Positions 49,501-59,500 of a DNA stretch of 64,000 nt are shown piece after piece. The translations under genes and the position numbers were made by a program. Numbering within the stretch: the stretch's first letter is position 1; each line of letters begins with the position of its first letter. The DNA is taken from positions 124,746,001 to 124,810,000 of the forward strand of contig CM059431.1 in assembly GCA_030390025.1 (NCBI GenBank), read 5' to 3'. Origin of the DNA: Squalus acanthias (taxonomy: Eukaryota). The notes below the pieces were generated by a model. The model was given only the letters and a program-made list of their open reading frames with translations. It was not told where the DNA came from and ran no database searches.

Positions 49501-51008
49501 AAATCTTGGTCCGGGAAGTGTTCTCGCGGTGGGGACTCCCCCGTTTCGTGGAGTCAGACCAAGGGAGTCATTTCACCGGCCAGGTGATGCAGAACACCCT
49601 CATGCTTTTGGGCATTGAAGGGAAGTGGCACGTAGCACACAATCCCCAGTCATCCGGGATTGTTGAACGTATGAACCGGACCCTGAAGGAGAAATTGAGG
49701 AAAGAGACTAGGAACTCGCCCCAAAAATGGGCGGAAGTTCTGCCTTTAGTCCTCATGGGGGTCCGGGCCAGTCAGTCAAAAAGTACGGGGTACTCCCCGC
49801 ACGAGGTAATGACCGGCAGGCTCATGCGAACCCCCACCCATGTGCTAGCCCCGGTGCTCACTGAGGGTCAGCTTCAAGAGATCAGCAGGGACAAGTTCGC
49901 CCAAACTCTCTTGGAGCGCCTGAAGCAAGTTTATGAGCAGGCGGCTGGGAACATGGGAAGGCAGCACCAGGGCAATCGCTTGTTGCTGGAACCCCGCAAA
50001 ACGCGGGAGTGGGAAGTAGGAGACCAGGTCATGGTCAGAAACTACGCCAGAGTAGGGAGTCTGGAACCACTGTATATGGGACCCTACAACATTGTAGACA
50101 AGGCGAGTCCCATGGTTTACGCCGTAAAAGTACCTCGGCGCACTAAGTGGTTCCACATAAACCAATGTAAACTGTACCAGCCGGGTGCGCAAGGGAAAAC
50201 TACAGGGGTAAATCCCGCCAATGGGAAAACACAGCCCCAGGTAGGACCACAAGGCACACAGGCAGGCGTAGCAGCTTGCATCAGGGGAAGGGACATCCCG
50301 GACGATCATGCAGCGTTTTTCTGGAGTTGGGGGTTAGATGACGAGGACCCCAGGGTACCCTGGTCAGATGAGGATAGTGCAGATGAGCATAGTGATGATG
50401 ACGGGTGGTTTCAGAGGAACGGTCTGGAAGGATTGGGGCCGCTAGGTAGAGATCCATACGGGGTGGACACACAAGCTGCAGGTCCCGACAGCAGGAGGAA
50501 GGAGCTAGAGGAGGCCGGGCCAGCCGCTATGTGGTTCCCAGAGGTGTGGCCGCCCGCTTTGAACGTCCAGTCCTCAGGGGAGGCAGAGTTCGCGAGTGAA
50601 GGGCCGCCTGCTGGGCCGAGCAGGGCGGGGCCCCGAACTGCCAGCCCCGAGGTTAGGGAGGCGGAGTCAGCGGAGGCGGGGCTGGCGCCTGTGATGGAAC
50701 CCCAGGTCATCCCGTTGAAGGTCTCGGGACCCGGTCCGTCCGTCACGGAGCCCCCGCCCATAGCAATTCCCCGTAGGTCAAGCAGAGTACCCCAGCCCAG
50801 GAAGACGTGGTCAGGTCCACAGGCTGCCCCAGGGCGTAAGTTTCAGGTTAAGATAACCCGGGTAGAGACAGGCCACATCGAGGCAGTAACAGGCTGCGGC
50901 AGATCAGAGGAAAGGGTCAGCGCAGCAACAGGCTGCGGCAGATCAGAGGGAAGGGTCAGTGCCCTCCCACCGTCGGGAAGAGCTCGCAGCAGCCTTCTCA
51001 GGATTTAA
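46506..51008 (+). CDS. pol: Pol (PR-RT-tether RH-RNase H-IN-long tail), in frame with gag after TGA
   Basis: LLDTGA; LPQGFHNSP; YVDD (47571); IYVDGS/SAQQAEL/SDS/KVKAH/GNRQAD; HHCC; QIDY...ESDQG...SSGIVERMNR. Confidence 0.97.
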   Translation, partial: LEPAQPVYLCPLSYDAWRRPVVEMEVEKQKGSYLLDTGASCTIIHTDDPFDSPLSTKVPFTLAGFTGKEQAGTFSLPLSIRLGTLRLKWKCILMAWQKGGGRGILGSDLLAGHGILVDLRNHCLWGAKGEKGEVMVIQGEEETGVLCTVQPSGGYDLRLMVADVPTDMQTYVTDNMHAFATHKHDCGRVVGFEVSVDGDPMTRPQKQYNFPKEAEPDMEAAMSSLVQQGVLRPIATHVNSPLWPVRKPDNSWRATVDYRVLNSNIPACAPTVAAVADLIGSIPASATTFTVLDISNGFWSIPLRREDQYKFAFTFKGQQYTWNCLPQGFHNSPSIFHQCMAGSLKEFSQPNQIVQYVDDLLLFTDSREEHGPLLDELLELLARKGFKVNPKKARIGQQEVKFLGLTLRAGERAIDKARRESVQELPIPNNVRGVRSFLGLTGYCRDFIEDYAATAAPLLRLLHKGVEWLWDEGCQAAFEKLKRDLQTAPALGAIDGGKEFFLEVAASGDSLSAVLLQERHGKLRPVVYSSRVLTDVERSFSNCERHLLATHWAVKRSAIFTGLSPITLLTHHTPTKMLLDGRIKDGTVSSARIARWTLLLSQLDIRVKGLCEPRLAANLVYPGTAHRCSVEGVWEVNIGLRAGIHPTGREIYVDGSSTVSAGERLTGCGVYDPAADLALAIKLPSTMSAQQAELSAVVYVVTHPDIFPTPYTICSDSMFTCNSCTEYLAIWSRRGYTSADGRPLTVKPLLEKILAAAVGEEGEIFIHKVKAHSSTEPRGEGNRQADALAREGARDGTFWNPYRTGPIAAVRGGDGNTGNTRVALPLDLKTVQAQDPALKAVLKTIAEGRQVEGPYSTATLSVKEGMLFREEQWVVPQQHRREFLQLAHEGPGAGHPGPEVTWQRVEQAGWWPGLREQVREFCANCLVCAANNPDPQKRKVPMGHVRRVEGPWQSIQIDYIGPLPTTQGGYKYCLVLVDVFSKWVEAFPCRTATALGTAKILVREVFSRWGLPRFVESDQGSHFTGQVMQNTLMLLGIEGKWHVAHNPQSSGIVERMNRTLKEKLRKETRNSPQKWAEVLPLVLMGVRASQSKSTGYSPHEVMTGRLMRTPTHVLAPVLTEGQLQEISRDKFAQTLLERLKQVYEQAAGNMGRQHQGNRLLLEPRKTREWEVGDQVMVRNYARVGSLEPLYMGPYNIVDKASPMVYAVKVPRRTKWFHINQCKLYQPGAQGKTTGVNPANGKTQPQVGPQGTQAGVAACIRGRDIPDDHAAFFWSWGLDDEDPRVPWSDEDSADEHSDDDGWFQRNGLEGLGPLGRDPYGVDTQAAGPDSRRKELEEAGPAAMWFPEVWPPALNVQSSGEAEFASEGPPAGPSRAGPRTASPEVREAESAEAGLAPVMEPQVIPLKVSGPGPSVTEPPPIAIPRRSSRVPQPRKTWSGPQAAPGRKFQVKITRVETGHIEAVTGCGRSEERVSAATGCGRSEGRVSALPPSGRARSSLLRI

Positions 51009-51291
51009 AGGGGCCGCCCTGAGAACGGGCGGCATTGTAAAGTTATTAGTTTAAGGTTTTAAGTTTTAGTTTAAAGTTTTAAGTAGTTTTAATAAGTTTA
51101 AGTTTGTAGTGTTTTTAACAGATAACGACAAATGATGGGAGTTTTAAGGCTAGGTTTAGAGGAAGTCTATTTAGCAAACGTTGAAGTTTACGTGAGGCGA
51201 GGTCAGGGGACCCGCTCACCCTTCACAAAAGCCAGAGACTTTTTGCGAGGCTGGCTACCTCATTCTATCTGATCACAGGAACCAAGGAAGG

Positions 51292-53643
51292 ATGGAACGA
51301 CTTCTAGTTTTGCTCGTGGCAATCGGATGTGGATTGGCCTATCGGGGCCTCACCAAGGATGTCGTGGTGTTTGGATGTTCCGGGGACACGGCCCCCATCG
51401 CGGTGGATGGGACCGGGAGACGGAAGGCAGAAGGGACCAGCACCTATTTCCACAAGGGAAGGTGGCCAGGATGGCTGGGAACGAACTCAACGGAGTATTC
51501 CAGCACATCGGGGTTCGCCTACAAAGAGACTTCTTTAATGTGCCCCAAAGTACGGATCATCGCACCCAGGATCAGCGTCACCGTCGGCAAACGGATTTGT
51601 TTGACCTGCAGTGGGAATGTCCCATTGAGCCGATGGTGGTGGCTGCGAAAGCTGAGCAAAACTATGAGGAACTCTTCGGTTGAGTGGGAGCGACTGGGTA
51701 ATAATACCCATCGGACAATTACGGGGACAGATGGACAAGTGAAAGTCTGTTGGGACAAATGGTGGGAACCAGATGAGGGGATTTATGTTTGTATGTGGGG
51801 GTCAAAGTACGTTTGCCCCAAAGGCATCTCCATATTCTTTATTAACCAGTGGCAGGATAACGGACAGGGGATGAGGTGGGATGCGAGCACCAGGGGGTGC
51901 GGAGCCCCATACTCTCCGATCCCAGTAAATGCCACTGAGCTCATTACGCGCCCACGCAAAGCCCCGCCCACGATTCCGGTGGTTCTAACTGAGGAAGAAG
52001 GGTGCCCTAAAACTAGTAAGGGACCCGGGAACGGTTTGGTACTGGTCCCCACAGACCAGATACTATTTCAGGGAGTGCATTACGCGGTGGCCTCGGTGAT
52101 TTTAAATCTCACTGAGGTACGGTTACCAGAGTGGTGCCCCAAAAAGACGGAACAGTTGTACCAGGTCCTGTTGACCAAGATGTTCAGGCAATTTTACGAG
52201 TTTGATTTTGCAGAAATTGATAAGACAAGTTTGTACACCGCACCGCAGGAAGTTTTGGACCAAGTAGGGAGGCAAAGAAGGGGTTTGGTGAACGATGCGT
52301 TCACTGCTTTTAACACAGGGACATCTGTGGTCAACGCTCTAGACAGTGTGGAGCTGCAGACCCAGATTAATGGTTTAAAAACACAGTTAAAGGATATTCT
52401 TACAGATGAGAATAAAGTGGTAGGGTCGGGTCTGCACGAGGACCAAGCCATGACACTACACTTAAAAGAGATTATAGCAGAGCTGGAGAAACATGCGCGT
52501 ACGGTAAATGCCCTGATTAGGGAAGATCGGAATGCATCCGATCAAGCTGCGCAGAACGAGGTGTGCGTGCTTTACGGGGCGTGGTTACTGGGCGAGGGCC
52601 GCAGTAATTTGGAGGATTTAAAACAAGGTTTGGTCCCGTCCTGGATAAGTAACAAACACCTGCGGGCGCTCCACCCTTTTCAGAATGCATTAAGTCCGTG
52701 CCAGCTCAGGCTAGCTTCAGAAGCTTACCCAGTCCCCGTGGACTGCGGACGTTCAAACCATACTATTATGGGAATAGTATTACGCATGCCGGTTTTGGGC
52801 AACACAGCAAAGCCCGCCCCGGTGTATCGGGTAGAGAACATTGGTGTCATTCAGGGGGGAGCCCACATTCGTTATGCAGCGGTTCCACCTTACGTCATCC
52901 GCTGGGAGCAAACGATGACAGGTACAGATCTCTCTGGTTGTCGTGGCAGGGGAGCACACATAATACTGTGCCCCCAGCACTTGAATGCCTTTTTAACACC
53001 ACAGTGCGGGTTCAGAACGGCTGGCGCCAAGTCCATGAATTGCACCATGGAGGCAATGGCCCAAGATCATGTGCCTCCGCAGGTAGCATACATCGGGGGT
53101 GGAACATATTGTGTTACCACTGCAGCGCAACACTACCAGCATGGAAACCGTAGCCGGTGTCCGGTGAGTGACAGCAGTTTCTGTTTTAAACCCAGGGCTG
53201 AAGTTCAAGTAGCACAACAGCGAATTATCCCAATCCCTGAACCATCCACTGTTCATCTCACAGTAAAAGAGAATTTTACCGACTTGCAGCGATTTGTCGC
53301 ACATTTTGGGTACCTCATTCCCCCTCTCCCCGAGCATTTAACCAAACTTCTGAAAGCCGTCGCGGTGTCACAAAAGCATTTCTATACATTAGAACAGAAA
53401 ACCGTCGAGATAGGTACAGACATTTTGGACATAGTGGTTCCACCGTGGTGGAATCTGTTCACGAATATTGAAGTGCCCTCATGGGTCAGAATAGCCTCCC
53501 ACATTTTAGTCGTCTGTCAAGTGTTTATTGTAGTATACCTTTTGTTCATACATTGTAAAAGAGACAAGCGCCTCACCAAGCATGAGAACACGGGAGAGTG
53601 GCGAGAACGTTACGTGCGCGTGCACGATGAGAGCGCAGTGTAA
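51292..53643 (+). CDS. env: Env (783 aa): signal peptide, Ig-like domain, furin site RQRR, fusion peptide, heptad repeat, Cys-rich region, TM, YxxPhi tail
   Basis: Hydrophobic N-terminus; RQRR|GLVNDAFTAF at 52270; C-terminal TM IASHILVVCQVFIVVYLLFI; splice acceptor ATCACAG at 51278. Confidence 0.93.
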   Translation: MERLLVLLVAIGCGLAYRGLTKDVVVFGCSGDTAPIAVDGTGRRKAEGTSTYFHKGRWPGWLGTNSTEYSSTSGFAYKETSLMCPKVRIIAPRISVTVGKRICLTCSGNVPLSRWWWLRKLSKTMRNSSVEWERLGNNTHRTITGTDGQVKVCWDKWWEPDEGIYVCMWGSKYVCPKGISIFFINQWQDNGQGMRWDASTRGCGAPYSPIPVNATELITRPRKAPPTIPVVLTEEEGCPKTSKGPGNGLVLVPTDQILFQGVHYAVASVILNLTEVRLPEWCPKKTEQLYQVLLTKMFRQFYEFDFAEIDKTSLYTAPQEVLDQVGRQRRGLVNDAFTAFNTGTSVVNALDSVELQTQINGLKTQLKDILTDENKVVGSGLHEDQAMTLHLKEIIAELEKHARTVNALIREDRNASDQAAQNEVCVLYGAWLLGEGRSNLEDLKQGLVPSWISNKHLRALHPFQNALSPCQLRLASEAYPVPVDCGRSNHTIMGIVLRMPVLGNTAKPAPVYRVENIGVIQGGAHIRYAAVPPYVIRWEQTMTGTDLSGCRGRGAHIILCPQHLNAFLTPQCGFRTAGAKSMNCTMEAMAQDHVPPQVAYIGGGTYCVTTAAQHYQHGNRSRCPVSDSSFCFKPRAEVQVAQQRIIPIPEPSTVHLTVKENFTDLQRFVAHFGYLIPPLPEHLTKLLKAVAVSQKHFYTLEQKTVEIGTDILDIVVPPWWNLFTNIEVPSWVRIASHILVVCQVFIVVYLLFIHCKRDKRLTKHENTGEWRERYVRVHDESAV

Positions 53644-54028
53644 TGGGAAAATGGCGTCACTCCCGCTCGCCACGTGCGCCGCGGAAGTTTGTACCCATTG
53701 TAAATACGTTGGAAACTCGACATGTTTAAGAGTCGGGATTTGTTTATTTTGGTGATGGTGTTGATTGTTTGGTTTTTGGGTTTTGTTTTTCCTTCCCTTG
53801 AATAAAAGACAAATATACAGGTGATGCGTGAGGTATCGGCCTGGTTACGCCGGGAAGGAAAACAAGTGGTGTAAGTTTAAGGGCAAATGATGCCTACGGT
53901 GATATAAAATGTGATTTTTTCTTGGGAAATGAGGACGACACAGAGACCCTAGTGAAGTTAAAATTTTATGGGATTAATTTACTGGATTCGGAGTGAAATC
54001 GAGATAAGATTGCTCACCACTGAGATTT

Positions 54029-54069
54029 TTGATACGATAAGCGGAGTTATTCGCATCAACAGGAGGGAC
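54029..54069 (+). promoter_or_regulatory. Conserved hairpin and short polypurine tract before the 3' LTR
   Basis: TTGATACGATAAGCGGAGTTATTCGCATCAACAGGAGGGAC is identical in A (8459-8499) and B. Confidence 0.8.
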
Positions 54070-55719
54070 TGTAGAATTCGCAATTATCGCGATTTCATTT
54101 TAATAAGGAGAAAACACAAGTTTCGTTCAAAACAGCTTTTATTTCAGCGGAATGCTGTCAGGTTTAAATTGGACACAAGCAGCCTGTAAAATGGCCGCCG
54201 CACCGCGTGACAGAACATTCGAGACTTTTCGGCAGGCAGACAAGATGGCGTTCCAATAAACATTTTTGCAGGATCGATAACGATTCAGCACAGTGAAGAC
54301 AATACACAGGACATTATGGGTTTACAGTATAAACATCGATACTGGAATCGGTCTCCCAGGTACAAAGGAAAGCCATCAAGGGCCCATCCAAAGGACATTA
54401 ATATGTAAACTCCCAACGGCTCTACGATGAGAGAGCCGTTAGCAGGTAGTTATACAGGACACTTGGAAGCCCCAAACCCCTCCAGGGGGAACACCGACCG
54501 ATTTGACAATGGGAGAAATATTAACAGGTACTCAAACATTCAGGAGTAGCCCCGAAACCCATTAAGGACAGAGATCACCCATACAGGACATTTTTGGGCG
54601 CCAAACCTTAAACAAAAGAATGGACATTGTAGTTGGGCGGGAAACGGAAGAACTGTGCACTATAATTGCAGGCCCAAACCGTCCATTCGCTCTCTTGACT
54701 CTTGCCTCGTGTTCGTGACTCTTGCTCTTTTGCTCTTGACTCTTGCCGCTTGCTGCTGTTATCATCGTGGCTGCTCCTGTGTTTTATCCGGTCGATTCGT
54801 AACCTCGTGGCTGCTCCTGGGTAAAAGACTGTTGCAAAGACCTATGTTGGTAGCTGGCAGCGGAACCGAAGGCCCGGGATGAGACGAGATGAGATGAGAT
54901 GAGATGAGAGGAGAAGAGAAGAAGACCTTATCCATCGCCACGGTCAGTAAATCCCGACCGCGCCTGTAGGTCGATCAGCCAAGTCTTCTCGACAGGAAGT
55001 TTTCTTCTTTAACAAGACATATTGCATCGATGATAACTGGACTGTGCAAACACATCGTATCAGCGATATTGACAACGGTGCTCCACCATACCCTGTATCC
55101 AACCAACAGAGGTCTTCACTACAGCGGACGGTCCAGCCGACTGACCGAGCAGCAGAAGCAGTAAACAAGTGGGACCAGGAGATCTCCTGACCAACACGTG
55201 GGTGCTGCGGTGAAAAACATCCGATCAGCTATTCGGGATTTCTCCGAGTTATTACGAGTGGTGAGCATGAGTCTCGGGATCCTACGAAGCTAGTTTTAGG
55301 ATAGTTATTGATAGGGGAGGGTTTAAAGTTTAAGGATATTTGTAATGTGTGCCCTATTTACGTTGTGCTGGTCGTTCCTCGTTTCCCTAAGAGTGATTAT
55401 AACTGTTTGTAAGATTGTACTGTCATTAATCTGTGCATATGACATGTATTTCATAATTTTAAGTATCATGCAATAAAGATTTTCCATTTCGTACCGTTCA
55501 AACCAAGTCTACATGAGTTTTATCTCCATTACTGCTCTCGCATCTAAGTCCAGTGTCTAGAACCGTAAGGGAGAGTGATTCGAACCACTCACAGGGGTGT
55601 CTAGTGTTCCCAGACTGGCTGGAGACCAGGCCTAGACCCGCACTGACATACAGGCTGCACAGAGCCGCGTGAACCTCACAGGCCACGAGACACGCAGGGT
55701 CAGGAGAGTATCCCTTACA
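54070..55719 (+). repeat. 3' LTR of element B
   Basis: Matches the 5' LTR except A43405/G54435 by eye. Confidence 0.97.
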
Positions 55720-58604
55720 TTGATTTCTGTGCTGGATTTCTGACAGGTGTCATGTAGCCACTGGAGCAGCGAGGTCCAAGCTAGAGTCTGCATCCGGATC
55801 TGACTTGCAAACTAGGGCTATTGAAGTTGCAGAATCAAAGATTTGAGAACACAGTAGAATTCAAGTCCCCAGCTGCATAGAAAGGGTAAGGCCTCAGCAT
55901 GGAAACTTCATGGAAGCATGTAAAACATGCAATGCCTAACTTTATAGGTAAGTTGGTTGCAGAATGGTGTAATTTCTAATCTATTTATTTTGTATGAATT
56001 TTTAGGAATATGCACTAAGGTGTGAAAGGAAACAACAAGGCCACTCAAAATACTTGAAGCATACAGTTTGAGTTGAAGGGATAATTACAAGTCCTAGACC
56101 TTTCGGACTACCCCAGTTCAGACGTATTCCCCAGACGTTCACCTTCAACTAAAGTTAGCGGTAGCCAAATCCTTGAGATGCTTAATTGGGTCTAAAGGTC
56201 AGACTACCTCTCCCTAAAGGAAAGAAATGGCTTGAAGATGTTACCGTCCTCCGGATAGCACTTTTAAGAAGTTTAACTAGACTGTAACCTTCCGGATATT
56301 ATGAGGGTCCAGAAAACCCCCCAGAATTCTGCAACTCCTCTCTGAAGAGTTTACAGAAATTGAGTTTGCGAGGTTGATACTTGAGACAATTCTAAAAATA
56401 TATAGATTTATTTAAGAGCCGACATTCAGTTAACAGCTGATAAGTCAATCGCGACTTTAACTGTTCAAAATACAAATAGCTTACATTTCTTATCAGAGAT
56501 CCTTATTCTCAAATCTTAACTTGGTTACATTTCCACACTTCTACTTATTTCTTAATCCAGAATATCCACCAAAATCAAATACCTTGATTACCCGAGACTC
56601 AGAGTTGAAAACTTACAGAGCGTGCCTATGAAGTTGAGAAACGCTTGCCCTTCCAGCGACTTCTGACTCTCTATCTGAAAAGCTCTTATTTTTATACTCT
56701 TTTTTAGTGGTATATTCTTTGAAGTTTTCTTTTGATGTAAGCTAATTATCTCTAGTGATTTTTTACTGAATTCTTTTCTATTCTTACTGTCATTTCAGCT
56801 GCCAACTTTTAGAATTCTGTTTCTACCATTAGGTGTTTCAAAAACTTATCATAAAATATGGTATAACAGATTTATCTATTGATGCTATTCTTAGGAAGTC
56901 TTTCTATTGAATTCTTAATATCACTTAACTGCTTGTAAGCCAGACGTCATGACTCCATGGTGTTCGATGTTAAATACAAACACAATGTAATTGCTTGGTG
57001 TCATCTATTGATATTATATTTTCAAAGCCTCTCTGTAGGTATCTTTTACAACTTGTAAATCAAAAATACTTCAACCAGGGTGTTTTTCCATTTCTTAGCT
57101 ATTTCAATTGGTTGCATATTTAATCGTGTTTCCTGTTTCTAAGTTTAACATACAACTATTTTACGGCAGGTATTTCTTTTACTTGATATCATTTTTTCAA
57201 AGGCACTTGTTTTTTTTAATGTTCTGTGCACCTGTTCGATGTGTTAGATTTTGACACTTTACTTGGGCTTTGCTATTGTTTTGTTCCAAACTCTAGACAT
57301 TCTGGAAGCACCAATGGTTTGCTTCAATAGGGGCTTTGTCTCTGTATTTACAAACCAATTCCCATTTCAAAGCTTGTGGTGTTTTACAGCTTTTGTTAAC
57401 ACTTCACCTTATCTCAGAAGCCTGTATTGTGTTTGCAGCCTGTGTCTCCGAGGCTTTCCAGACTTTTAAACTCAGTATGTCTTGTATTAATAACATCAAA
57501 ATCTGTTCATAGGATGATGTATTTCTTGGAATATGGCTTATTCCATTACAGAGTAACTGGATTGGTTGATTTTGTGGTACATGCTGGTTTGTGAATAGCA
57601 CCTTTGAAATAATTAGCAATTTAATTGGTTGGTTTTCTGATAGTTACTACTTGTTGATTGGTGGCTTTCCCTAGCTGACTAATGAATGGATTGGTTCACA
57701 TTTAGTCAATGGGATATTTGAGTCAGTCAGCATGTTCCATATAACATATAATGATTATTTCAGCCAATTACAATTTTTTGCCTCACAGACATACGGGGTA
57801 AATTTTCATCCATTGGTGAATGAAAATCGGACGGGTTCGATAATGGCGTGTGATCCACTCCACCAGATTACCACCCATGCAGTGAAGATGAATAGTTACC
57901 CTGTGATAGCTTTAACATGTGATGCTTTTGAGCTGTTTGATGCTATGGATGCACACTAGATGCAAGACTTTTAATAATATAAATTTCAATTTTGATTGTG
58001 TAGTCTATTCCATGAAATCAAAAAGTGTGGCCTGCACACTCTTTCCAGAGGGAAGTCAGAGGGTAAGGTCGAAAGGATTCAATGCTGCAAAAGTCTGACA
58101 AAAACTTTTAAAACATTTACTTTTGTTTATTAAATTATATAATTAAATTAACCTTTGTTACTATGCAAAGCAATGTAAAGAAAATAAAGGAACAAATCCA
58201 GTCATTGACCTGAAGGATGAAATTTATATGCAGTTACATTGGGCCTTGGAGAGACTTCAGTAGGAGCTACAAATGCCCAAATTTTCCCATTAATAGCAAC
58301 GGCCTTAAAGGGACAGGTCAGATTATAAACTCAACATCATGACCATGCACCAGTCTCGCATAAGCAACAGCACAGAACATCCACTAATAAACTAAAAAAA
58401 ACTTTATTTAACTTTTGTTAGAATTCCATAATAGTGGATTCAAAACTAAATAATTTGAAACAAGTCAATAGTAATGCAAATGTAAAATGTGTGACACATG
58501 GGCCAATATTGAGGACCAACGGCCTATGTCCCAAGGGTGCCTCAAAGATGTCTGACCTGATATTGGGCCAGGCCATTTTTCGGATGGCTGAGGTGGCCAC
58601 CTAA

Positions 58605-58765
58605 ACATAGGAACAAAGGAACAGGAGTAGGCCATTTAGCCCCTCAAGCCTGTTCTGCCATTCAATGAGATCATGGCTGATCTGTGATCTAACTCCATTT
58701 ACCTGTCTTTGCCCCATATCCCTTAATACATTTGGTTAACAAAAATCTCTCAATCTCAGATTTAA
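58605..58765 (-). mobile_element. CR1-type LINE 3' end
   Basis: Nearly identical to 11283-11440. Confidence 0.75.
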
Positions 58766-59286
58766 AACAGGCATTAGGCCTCTTGCATATGATAATGAGG
58801 GGCTTAATGCCAGTTTTAAGACACCACTGGGAAATTGGACTGCCCTGAGTGGAGCAGGCATCGGGTCTGCTCTGGTTTTGCTTGCATGGGAGCAGCCTAG
58901 CAAGCGGCTAGCCACCAAAAACCTAAGTTTAAAAAAATTGTTTTTACTTTTATTGTGGAACCAGATGTAGCAAGAGTGTGCTTAACCATTGCTGGTGAGG
59001 CAGGCGGCCCAAAATTCAAACTGCCTATGGAGGTGCGACAGGTGGCGGCAGCTCACCCAGTTTTTTTAGATGAGGCCCGAGGCCCAACTTCGGGCCAGCT
59101 TCAGGCTCCAGGTTTGGGAGACCGTTGCGGCAACATTGCCAATTTCACGCCCGAATCTGAGCCCCAATGAATTTCTACCAAGAAAGGCTATGAAAAATGG
59201 AAGGAGATATACAATTACGTTGGGGAAATAGAGAATTTAATGGTGGAATGTAAATACGTAACTAAGCCTTACATGCCTCTTAGTCA

Positions 59287-59500
59287 ACCTGGGAAGATCC
59301 TAGATCATCTGTACTGATTATGATTGATATAGCAGGTCTACCTGGGATCATCCTAAATCATCTGTACTGATTACAATTGATGTTGTAGGTCGACCTGGGA
59401 GGATCCTAGATAATCTGTACTGATTACGATTGATATTGCAGGTCTACCTGGGAGAATCCTATATCATCTATCATAATTACGATTGATATAACAGGCAACC
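59287..59500. repeat. Minisatellite, 53-bp unit, ~4 copies
   Basis: ACCTGGG..ATCCTA.ATCATCTGTACTGATTA recurs at 59287, 59340, 59393 and 59446. Confidence 0.85.

Larger units (their letters stand above)
43040..55719 (+). mobile_element. Element B: full-length intact endogenous retrovirus-like provirus (lokiretrovirus-like)
   Basis: Paired 1650-bp LTRs; TSD TTGA at 43036-43039 and 55720-55723; PBS, PPT and open gag, pol and env. Confidence 0.96.

Noticed and set aside
46833..50761. Antisense and alternate-frame ORFs within pol
   Set aside because: Short, expected in GC-rich coding DNA, no motifs
53968..54189. 73-aa ORF across PPT/U3 as a possible accessory gene
   Set aside because: Not conserved as an ORF in element A; no recognisable motif
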